Below are positions 47,371 to 55,543 of a DNA stretch of 64,000 bases, in pieces. The translations under genes and the position numbers were made by a program. This DNA is from an uncultured Clostridium sp. Its GTDB lineage: Bacteria > Bacillota > Clostridia > TANB77 > CAG-465. The notes under the pieces were generated by a model. The model saw nothing but the letters and a program-made list of their open reading frames with translations. It was not told the origin of the DNA and made no database searches. The stretch lies in contig CAOKPF010000004.1 of assembly GCA_948470565.1 (NCBI GenBank), forward strand, positions 220-64,219. Direction: 5' to 3'. How positions within the stretch are numbered: the stretch's first letter is position 1; the number at the start of each line of letters is the position of its first letter.

Positions 47371-48129
47371 ATGGAGGATAATTTACAAAGGATATTTTCA
47401 ATTATAATTTCAATTATTATTTTCTTTTTACTTCCAATGTATATGGCGTATGAGAAAACAGATGATATATCATATGCATTAGCCTTAAAAATAACAAGTG
47501 GTTTTATGGATAATGTTAGAAGTAAAGGTTATATATCTTTAGCTATGTATAGTGATTTTGTAAGTAGACTTAATACTGCTACAAATAACAAGTATGAGAT
47601 AAAAATGGAACATGTAGCCAAAAAGTATAATCCAGCCTTTTATATTTATAGTGATGACAATAGTAAAATAATTGCAACTTTAGATTATCAGTCATATAAA
47701 GATAAGTTTACATCAAGTGGAGCAGATCCAAAGAAAGGCTCAATTTTATACAATGGAACAAATTACAATAATGTGGTATTGTCGTACAAGCTAGATGAAG
47801 AAAGGTATAATGAAAATACTATAATAGATGTACTTCATAGAGAACCTGGTAGTACAGATAATCCTTTAACAATATATAGTGATTTTGATAATTATGCTCG
47901 TATTACTTTTGAACAGGTTCCATATATAACAAATATGTATGGAACTGAGGATAATAGTTTGTATACAATGTCCACAGGAGATGAATTTAATATAATTGTA
48001 AAAAATGAAAATGTTACAATTGCTTCAACTTTATTTAATACACTTACACTGGGTACTACTAGTAGTGAAATTGTAAAGATATATATAAATTATGGTGTAA
48101 CAATTGCTAATGAATCATATGAGCAGTAA
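47371..48129 (+). CDS. Membrane-anchored accessory protein X1
   Basis: N-terminal TM IFSIIISIIIFFLLPMYMAY, then EKTDDISYALALKITSGFMDNVRSKGYIS. Paralogue of the gene at 49102. Confidence 0.5.
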   Translation: MEDNLQRIFSIIISIIIFFLLPMYMAYEKTDDISYALALKITSGFMDNVRSKGYISLAMYSDFVSRLNTATNNKYEIKMEHVAKKYNPAFYIYSDDNSKIIATLDYQSYKDKFTSSGADPKKGSILYNGTNYNNVVLSYKLDEERYNENTIIDVLHREPGSTDNPLTIYSDFDNYARITFEQVPYITNMYGTEDNSLYTMSTGDEFNIIVKNENVTIASTLFNTLTLGTTSSEIVKIYINYGVTIANESYEQ

Positions 48130-48144
48130 CAAGGAGATGGATAT

Positions 48145-48540
48145 ATGGATTTCTTAAGTAATAAAGCGATAATGATAGGTGTTAGTTTGTTTGTAACTAT
48201 GTCTATTGTTTCAGGTGTAATGCTAGTTGTAACACAAATACAAGGTATATATAAAGGAGTATATAAAACTAATATATCAATTAGTAGAATGTTTAGTGAA
48301 TATGATGCATTTGATGATGCGCAAAAAACAGGTGTGGATTTGTTGAATGCAGCAAAAAGGTATAAAGACAATAGAAAAGTAAATGTGTATTTAGGTGGTA
48401 CATTAATAAATAATGATGCAGGGATTTCAAATCTTACTACACAACTTAGTAGTAATACAGGAACTATTAGGTATGAAACTAAATATAGGACAACTGTTAC
48501 ATATAACACTAATGATACAGTTAGTATTACATTTAGATAA
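48145..48540 (+). CDS. Pilin-like protein (minor-subunit candidate, type A)
   Basis: The MDFLSNKAIMIGVSLFVTMSIVSGVMLVV N-terminus closely matches the tandem pilins. 131 aa. Confidence 0.5.
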   Translation: MDFLSNKAIMIGVSLFVTMSIVSGVMLVVTQIQGIYKGVYKTNISISRMFSEYDAFDDAQKTGVDLLNAAKRYKDNRKVNVYLGGTLINNDAGISNLTTQLSSNTGTIRYETKYRTTVTYNTNDTVSITFR

Positions 48541-48608
48541 TTTGGATTATAAAAAGATAGAAAATAAAAATTAAGAATAATAGAGAGTAATAAAAGGAGG
48601 GACACATA

Positions 48609-49058
48609 ATGGATGATTCAGCAACAGAACTAATATATATAGGAGCGTATTTATTAATATTTATGTCAGCAGTGGCACTTACAATATATTTATTTAGAGC
48701 GGTATATGACTATTCTGAAAGTGCATATAAATATCAAACAGTAGCAATAAATGATTCTGATATTGTAATGCCAGCAGAGGATGCATATTATAGGTATGTG
48801 TCTGCTTCAGAATTAGTATCATATTTTTCTAATTATATAAAAAAAGATAACTATGCGCCAACTGACAATTTTTCAGATTGTACAGTAACGATAAAAAATA
48901 GTGCAGGTGCTGTAATTTTTGCAACATCTGTAAATAATGATAGAACATATAGTGAATTTATAAATACAATTCAGACAAATCACAGATATATTTTAAAATA
49001 TATTGGAAAAAATACGTCAGGACCAATAATTGAAATATATGATAGTGGTAGTATTTAA
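48609..49058 (+). CDS. Pilin-like protein (minor-subunit candidate, type B)
   Basis: MDDSATELIYIGAYLLIFMSAVALTIYLF N-terminus. C-domain paralogous to the gene at 46885. Confidence 0.5.
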   Translation: MDDSATELIYIGAYLLIFMSAVALTIYLFRAVYDYSESAYKYQTVAINDSDIVMPAEDAYYRYVSASELVSYFSNYIKKDNYAPTDNFSDCTVTIKNSAGAVIFATSVNNDRTYSEFINTIQTNHRYILKYIGKNTSGPIIEIYDSGSI

Positions 49059-49101
49059 TAAAAATTGAATATTAATATTAAGAATATAAATAGGAGAAAT
49101 T

Positions 49102-49641
49102 ATGAAAAATAGTTTAAGTATTGTTGTAACAATAATTATCTTAGTATTGTTTGTAGTAATATTTCCTCTATACAACTATTTTGAAAGAGAAGACGATATG
49201 TCATATAACATAGTGTTAAAAGCTACTACTAATATGGTTGAAGAGGTAATAAATAATGGATATATCGATCAAGAAAGTGTAGATAAGTTCTATGCACAAC
49301 TAGCCCAAACTGGAAATGGATATGATGTAGTATTTGAGGCACATAAACGTTTACTTATAAAAAATCCAGATGGTGGTGATAGCTTTGTAGAAAAGTTTAT
49401 AATAGATTATAACGATGATATTTTCACCAAAACAGATTCTACGGCAGTAAATAGTACAGTGTTAAAATCAGGTTCATACTTGTTGGAAAAAGGAGATAGA
49501 GTATATATAAAAGTAAAAAATAGTAATACTACAATGGCAGGTGCAATATTTAATATTATTATTCCAACATCAAGTAAAGATAGAATTGTAGTAAATTATG
49601 GTGGTATAGTAAAAAATGCTGCTTGGAAAGCAGTAACCTAA
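49102..49641 (+). CDS. Membrane-anchored accessory protein X2
   Basis: TM IVVTIIILVLFVVIFPLYNYF, then EREDDMSYNIVLKATTNMVEEVINNGYID. Paralogue of the gene at 47371. Confidence 0.5.
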   Translation: MKNSLSIVVTIIILVLFVVIFPLYNYFEREDDMSYNIVLKATTNMVEEVINNGYIDQESVDKFYAQLAQTGNGYDVVFEAHKRLLIKNPDGGDSFVEKFIIDYNDDIFTKTDSTAVNSTVLKSGSYLLEKGDRVYIKVKNSNTTMAGAIFNIIIPTSSKDRIVVNYGGIVKNAAWKAVT

Positions 49642-49678
49642 ACTCTAATTTTGATAAAAAAAGAATGGAGGGAGAGTT

Positions 49679-50881
49679 TTGCAAATAACAGATTATGCAC
49701 TTATATTTGCAGCTATTATGTTTCCTGTAATTATAATTGTCTATATAAATGTTTCATATACAATTAAGGCAGGTGAGCAAGAGCTATATTATGAAAAGAT
49801 AATAAACCAAGCTGTTGCAGATGCTGCATTAGAAATGAAAGAAGTTGAAAATAGTGATGGTAACATTGACTATGGATATTCTGGAAATACTGATAAAAAA
49901 ATAAGTGTAAACGCACAAATTGGTGTAGACACATTTTTAAATTCATTATATAATAATTTTGGAATAATTGGAAATGAATCAGCAGAACAATATCTCCAAT
50001 TATTTATACCAGCTATTGCTATAATAGACTATAATGGTATTCAAGTATCTTCTATTGAAAAGTATAATGAAACTATTAGTGGTGTTTCTACTGAAGTAAA
50101 GAAACATGCACTAAAGCCAAAAAGATATTATACATATTCATATAGTATACTTAGAGATGGTACTATATTAGATGGTATGCAAACATCAAATAGTATGGTA
50201 GATTCAATTCATACAATAGAATTTACTATGGATGATTATATCACTCATAGAGGAGTGTACAAAAATGGGACAGGTTGGATACCAATATACAAAGATCAAA
50301 GTAACACAAATTCTACAACTGTTCAATCTTTTTATATAAAAGATAGTGTGAATAATTCAGTCTTGTATAGAGGTACAGTAAGTCATGGGTATGATGTAAA
50401 GGATAAAGTAGAAACTTTACTAACTGAAAAGCGAGCACAAGTTATAATTGATACAATTACAGAAGAGATGTCTTATGCTGTAAGTGCAAATAATTCATAT
50501 GCAGCTGCTGAGGGAATATCATATAATTTTGTATTTCCAACTATAACAGTAGATGAGATGTATGAAACAATACAAGAAGTTGGAATGATGGCGTTTGTAC
50601 AAGGAATATCAGTTGGAAATAAATATTTAAACACTAAAGCTTATGGACTTTCAAAACTAAATTTAGTACATAAATATTATTTTACAGTTCCATCTGTAAG
50701 TTCAAAGTATAAGATGAATTTATACCATAAATCACTGTCATGTCCTGAATATAAACTTGCAACACATACTAATATAATACCACAATATGTAACAAGTAAA
50801 CAACAAGCAGCTTCAGCAAAATGTACATTAAATGGTAGTACATATATGGGATTTTATCCATGTCAGATATGTAGACCATAG
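49679..50881 (+). CDS. Membrane-anchored 400-aa protein with C-terminal four-Cys cluster
   Basis: TTG start with SD GGAGGGAG. N-terminal helix YALIFAAIMFPVIIIVYINV. The last 60 aa contain C-PEY...C-TLNG...C-QIC. Confidence 0.5.
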   Translation: MQITDYALIFAAIMFPVIIIVYINVSYTIKAGEQELYYEKIINQAVADAALEMKEVENSDGNIDYGYSGNTDKKISVNAQIGVDTFLNSLYNNFGIIGNESAEQYLQLFIPAIAIIDYNGIQVSSIEKYNETISGVSTEVKKHALKPKRYYTYSYSILRDGTILDGMQTSNSMVDSIHTIEFTMDDYITHRGVYKNGTGWIPIYKDQSNTNSTTVQSFYIKDSVNNSVLYRGTVSHGYDVKDKVETLLTEKRAQVIIDTITEEMSYAVSANNSYAAAEGISYNFVFPTITVDEMYETIQEVGMMAFVQGISVGNKYLNTKAYGLSKLNLVHKYYFTVPSVSSKYKMNLYHKSLSCPEYKLATHTNIIPQYVTSKQQAASAKCTLNGSTYMGFYPCQICRP

Positions 50882-50891
50882 GAGGGATAAT

Positions 50892-52472
50892 ATGGAAGAT
50901 AACAATAAGAATAAAAATGGATTTGTACCATCATATATAAAGCAAGAAGAGGTAGCTGAAAATACTACGAATAAAAATGATAATTCAAAAGATAAAAAGA
51001 AATCATCTAATAATTCTAGAAAAAGGCTTGGAATTATAACTATAATTTTTATAGTTGTAATTTTAGTATTAGTTATATTTTTTGCAATTAAGATATATTC
51101 ATACTTTTCAAATATGAAGTATAATGATTACAAGATGAAAATGGATGCATATGGCTATAACATATTATATAATAATGAAAAATCAACTTCATCAGAAAAT
51201 TTGACTAAATCTGAGGCTTTAAAAGTAGTTATTGGAACTGTTATGGGAAAAACAGATATATCAGATTTGTATGGAACTTTAGGTGATACAGATAATGTAG
51301 ATGATTTAGGAGAGTTAAAACAAATAACAGGTTCATATGAAGCATATGATGCAGAAGGTAATTTAGTAACTGTTGAAATTCCAGAAGATGCTGATTATAC
51401 TATATATGAAGGTACATATGATGATGAAACAGGAGATATTATTTTAGATGATGAAAACGAGGAAAATAATGATAATAAACCTAATGATAAATTAGATAAA
51501 TATACAGAAACTTATAAAAACCAAATATGGGTAGATTATGCAGTTGATAAAGGAATAATAGCGACCGATGATGTTAATAAAGATAATGCAGGAAAAAAAG
51601 CTACTTTTATGGATGTACTAAAATATTTAGAGGGTACAAAAAAAACTATATTAAATATGCAGGCAGGTGCTAAGGAAGATGATGTAAAAGATATGGAAAT
51701 ATATACAAATGAAGAACAACTTATAATATCAGATCTTTTAAAATCAAAGGCATTAACTGATACAAATCAAAAATTAAATGCATATAAAGATGCTACTAAA
51801 GGAAAAGTTAATATGTTACTTGTAAACTTTATGGAAAATAACAACTTAATGACATATGGAGGAAAGATAAATATAAACAAAGAAAAGGAACCATCAAATA
51901 AATCAGATTATCCATATACATTAGCAAACATTGATAAATCAGTATATGAAGTACAAAATTATATTGCAGATAAAAAGAATTATAAAACAGCAAAGCAATT
52001 ATATAGTCAAATGAGAGCAGAATATTCACAAATAGAAGATGTAATAACTACATACTTTAATACTATACTAAATATAGATTATAACTCACCATTAACTGAA
52101 GATAGTTTAGATGATTTGATAAATTTAATGGATATGACAAGCTCAACTGAATACAACGAGATATATGATTATTTTGAATATGTAAAGACAAACGAGATAA
52201 AACTTACTGGTACTTCAAGTATAATTTTTCCAGCAATATATTATGATGGAAATAATTATAGAGTAAGAGTAAAAGTTGAATATACAGTGGAAAATGCTAA
52301 AGATTATAACAATTTGATATTGGGAGATTATAAAAGTAATTCAAGCATTGGATATGAAAAATCTAAAAAAGAACTATTATTAGATGTACCATTAAATAAA
52401 TTTGAAGATACAACAGTAATGAGTGTAGTTTTAAAACCAATATCAGAAATGATAGCAGGACAAATTAAATAA
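50892..52472 (+). CDS. Bitopic envelope protein, paralogue A1
   Basis: Start at ATG 50892 (SD GGAGGGA). Basic N-tail, one TM (LGIITIIFIVVILVLVIFFAI). Ectodomain with W-x-x-YA-x-x-x-GII (SLH-like) and a conserved C-terminal block YFEYVKTNEIKLTGTSSIIFPAIYYDGNNYRVRV. Confidence 0.55.
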   Translation: MEDNNKNKNGFVPSYIKQEEVAENTTNKNDNSKDKKKSSNNSRKRLGIITIIFIVVILVLVIFFAIKIYSYFSNMKYNDYKMKMDAYGYNILYNNEKSTSSENLTKSEALKVVIGTVMGKTDISDLYGTLGDTDNVDDLGELKQITGSYEAYDAEGNLVTVEIPEDADYTIYEGTYDDETGDIILDDENEENNDNKPNDKLDKYTETYKNQIWVDYAVDKGIIATDDVNKDNAGKKATFMDVLKYLEGTKKTILNMQAGAKEDDVKDMEIYTNEEQLIISDLLKSKALTDTNQKLNAYKDATKGKVNMLLVNFMENNNLMTYGGKININKEKEPSNKSDYPYTLANIDKSVYEVQNYIADKKNYKTAKQLYSQMRAEYSQIEDVITTYFNTILNIDYNSPLTEDSLDDLINLMDMTSSTEYNEIYDYFEYVKTNEIKLTGTSSIIFPAIYYDGNNYRVRVKVEYTVENAKDYNNLILGDYKSNSSIGYEKSKKELLLDVPLNKFEDTTVMSVVLKPISEMIAGQIK

Positions 52473-52486
52473 GGAGAGAAACTTAT

Positions 52487-54385
52487 ATGTCTAAAGATGA
52501 AAATGTTGAAAAAAACATAATTAAAGAAGAGGGTGTAGAAAAAAAGACTAAGAAGGTTGGTAGACCAAAAACTACTAAGACTGAAACAAAGAAAAGTACA
52601 ACAAAGACTAAAACTTCAACAAGGAAAACTACAACTAAAGTCAAAACTAAGACTGAAGATACTGTTAAAAAACAAGTTGAGGAAAATACTAACGCTACAG
52701 TAAAGCCTTTATTTGAAATTGGATTAGATACTAAAGAAAAAGAGGCTGAGGATAAAAAGTCTGTAAGTAATCTTGATGATAAATTAAAAGCAAAAATTGA
52801 GGAAGAAATGGCAGGGGGAGCTATTATAGCTCCCAAAGAAAATAAACCTTTGGAAGAGGTAGAAGAAAAAAAAGAAAATAATGTTGTAGATGGAAAAGGT
52901 AAAATAAATAATCAAATAAGCTTACAACCAGAAAATAATGTCAAAATTGATTCAAATATAGAGCAAATAGTATCAAAACATGAAATAAAACAACAAAATA
53001 TAAAAGTACCATCAGAAGAGTACATAAAAAATGATGCTCAAATAAAAAAGATAAATGAAAATATAGCTAAAAAAGAAAATAAGGAAAATAAGAAAAAAAG
53101 TAGAGAAAAAAAACCTAGAAGTGATTATAGATTGAAACAAAGGATTGTATTAATAGCTATAGAAATTGCTATTGTTTTATTAGTTATATTTGTTGTTGTA
53201 TGGGCTTTTAGTTTATTTACTAATAGTGAGTATAAGGAATATACTTCTAAAATGGATAACTTAGGGTTAAGTGAGCTATATAATAATTCTTCTGCTAAGT
53301 ATACACAGTATGTAACTAAAGGTGAGGCTATTAAATTAATAATTGCAACATTACTTAATACTAATGATATATCTAGTTTAGTGGCTCCTTTAAAAGAGGA
53401 AAGTTACTTAAATGAAACTTGGATAAATTATGCTAAAGATATTGGGATTATTACTGATGAAGAGATAAATGAGAATAATTGTAATGATAAAATTACATAT
53501 ATTGATATATTAAGTTTGCTTTCAAAAGCTGAGGTGGTATTAAATGATGTTTCACTAAATACTACTGAAAAAATTAATTTTTCAAATGCAGATAAGCTAT
53601 CTTTTGAACAAAAAGCAGTTATAAGACAAGCTATTAGTAATGGTATTATTGAAAATAATGAGAATGAATTTAATATAGAAAAAAAGGTTACAAAAGGACT
53701 TTTAAACAAAACTTTAGTACAATATGTAAAGAAAAGCAAAGTAATCGCTATAAGTGATGAGAATATAACTTTTGATAATGCTAATTATCCTTATACATTA
53801 GAAAGTTATGGAAACAATGATGAAATGTATATTAACCCATATAATATAGAAGAATTTAAAAGTGTTTCTGGTGGGTATAAAAGCTCAATTGAAACATATA
53901 AAACAATGAAACAATATTATAAAGAGTTTTTAGAAACTGTACAAAATTATTATAATGTAATTTTAAATATAAATTCTAATACTATTACAGAAGAAACATT
54001 TTTAAATGACATTAGTAAATATGTTGTAGTAACAAAAGATACTTCAAAAAATGTTCATGAATATGTGGAGTATGTAAAAAATAACAATATAAATATTAAT
54101 GGAAATGCAAAGGTTGTGTTACCAGTTATATATTATGATGGACTAGATTATAGGGTAAGAACAGAAATTAAACTTACAGTTGAATCTGCTAATAATTTAA
54201 AAAATGTATTATATATGGATTTATCCTCAGGTGGGGAATATGAGTATAGTATAGGTAACGTTTCTGATATTATAGATGTGCCTGTTAAAAAATTAAAACG
54301 TGAAAAACCAGTAGTGGTGCAAACAACAGTACATGATATATTTGCAGGTAGCGTAAAAGAAAGTAGTGTAATGAATAATATGTAG
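52487..54385 (+). CDS. Bitopic envelope protein, paralogue A2, with long K/T-rich N-terminal tail
   Basis: A ~225-aa charged N-region including KKTKKVGRPKTTKTETKKSTTKTKTSTRKTTTKVKTKT. TM IVLIAIEIAIVLLVIFVVVWAF. C-terminal block YVEYVKNNNININGNAKVVLPVIYYDGLDYRVRT. Confidence 0.55.
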   Translation: MSKDENVEKNIIKEEGVEKKTKKVGRPKTTKTETKKSTTKTKTSTRKTTTKVKTKTEDTVKKQVEENTNATVKPLFEIGLDTKEKEAEDKKSVSNLDDKLKAKIEEEMAGGAIIAPKENKPLEEVEEKKENNVVDGKGKINNQISLQPENNVKIDSNIEQIVSKHEIKQQNIKVPSEEYIKNDAQIKKINENIAKKENKENKKKSREKKPRSDYRLKQRIVLIAIEIAIVLLVIFVVVWAFSLFTNSEYKEYTSKMDNLGLSELYNNSSAKYTQYVTKGEAIKLIIATLLNTNDISSLVAPLKEESYLNETWINYAKDIGIITDEEINENNCNDKITYIDILSLLSKAEVVLNDVSLNTTEKINFSNADKLSFEQKAVIRQAISNGIIENNENEFNIEKKVTKGLLNKTLVQYVKKSKVIAISDENITFDNANYPYTLESYGNNDEMYINPYNIEEFKSVSGGYKSSIETYKTMKQYYKEFLETVQNYYNVILNINSNTITEETFLNDISKYVVVTKDTSKNVHEYVEYVKNNNININGNAKVVLPVIYYDGLDYRVRTEIKLTVESANNLKNVLYMDLSSGGEYEYSIGNVSDIIDVPVKKLKREKPVVVQTTVHDIFAGSVKESSVMNNM

Positions 54386-54396
54386 AGGAGGTAGGA

Positions 54397-55521
54397 ATGA
54401 AAAGTATAAAAAATTATATAAAAAAATTAATACTAGGTTGTGCTTTTACACTTCCTATCTGTTTTGGATATAGTACAATTAATGCAACCTCAGATATAAT
54501 TGCAAATTGCGTAGATGACGAATGTAGTGAGCTATATTTTGTTGTAAAAAGAACACCATCACAATTTGATACAAAGTATTATAACGGAGAATCAGTTGTT
54601 GTTACAAATTTAAAAGATGAAACTACATTATCACCGCTTATGGGTTCATTTGAAACAGCAAAAGTTTTAATATCTGAAGCACAATATGAAGAAAAGAAGG
54701 CAAAGGCAAAATATACTAATGAAAATGATATAAAGTGGGTACAAAGATCTGATAATCAAATATTTTATAACTCATTAGATTTACTTAGAAATTATCTAAA
54801 ACCATATATGTATAAAATTGCAAATAAGCCTGATATATCATCATATTTTACATATTCTGATGATATTGAAAAGAAGTTTTATATTACAGGAAATAACGAA
54901 TATGTATCATATAATGTAATAGATTCTAAATTACTATCACTACTTAAGAATAGTTATAGTGAAGATAATAGTTTTCTTGAAGATGCAGGGGATTATTATA
55001 GGATATATTTATCTAATGTATATAGGGGTCAGGATGTTATAATTGGTAGAGATTATCAGTTTATGTATGATATAGACGATAGCTCAAAAGTACCACAAGA
55101 TATTGAAACTAATTGTTACTTTTATCAACCAATACTTATACCAAAATCAGTTATAAATAGTACGAAAAGAAAACAAGTGTTAGTTATGTATAAGTATGAA
55201 AATGAAGATGGAAAATACGAGTTAAAATCTAGTTATCTTATTGATGAGATGCTAAGTTTTACTGATGGATTAAAGGAATATACTACAACATATAATGCTA
55301 CACAAAATGAATATTATCATATACTAGGAGAAAATAATAATACTTATGAATATGCTGGTATAAGACTTGCTAATGGAGATAATCTAGAATTTTTGCAAAA
55401 TAATATTGATAAGAGTACAAATAAGTATTCAACTGGGTATACTGAGTATAAGTTTTATATAAATCATTTATCAGATGATGTACAAGTTATATGCTATTAT
55501 TTTGATTTGAAAACTGAATAA
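54397..55521 (+). CDS. Secreted protein, paralogue B1
   Basis: Signal-peptide-like N-terminus. NCVDDECSELYF near the mature N-terminus. Collinear with the first ~370 aa of the 1700-aa protein. Confidence 0.55.
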   Translation: MKSIKNYIKKLILGCAFTLPICFGYSTINATSDIIANCVDDECSELYFVVKRTPSQFDTKYYNGESVVVTNLKDETTLSPLMGSFETAKVLISEAQYEEKKAKAKYTNENDIKWVQRSDNQIFYNSLDLLRNYLKPYMYKIANKPDISSYFTYSDDIEKKFYITGNNEYVSYNVIDSKLLSLLKNSYSEDNSFLEDAGDYYRIYLSNVYRGQDVIIGRDYQFMYDIDDSSKVPQDIETNCYFYQPILIPKSVINSTKRKQVLVMYKYENEDGKYELKSSYLIDEMLSFTDGLKEYTTTYNATQNEYYHILGENNNTYEYAGIRLANGDNLEFLQNNIDKSTNKYSTGYTEYKFYINHLSDDVQVICYYFDLKTE

Positions 55522-55543
55522 TTATTTGAAAGGGGGATATTTT

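Noticed and set aside
48090-48605. 171-aa minus-strand ORF across the pilin-like gene at 48145
   Set aside because: It overlaps two plus-strand genes that have strong SDs and paralogues. Its sequence is hydrophobic, low-complexity mirror sequence.
52483-52836. 117-aa minus-strand ORF at the start of paralogue A2
   Set aside because: It is the mirror image of the K/T-rich coding repeat (it translates to F/V/L/S runs). It has no SD.
3418-55543. ORF-track 5' extensions at 3418, 13695, 23118, 32560 (minus strand), 37625, 39242, 45849, 50832 and 55526
   Set aside because: In each case a downstream in-frame ATG has a properly spaced SD. The extension overlaps the preceding gene or regulatory repeats, so the starts were trimmed accordingly.
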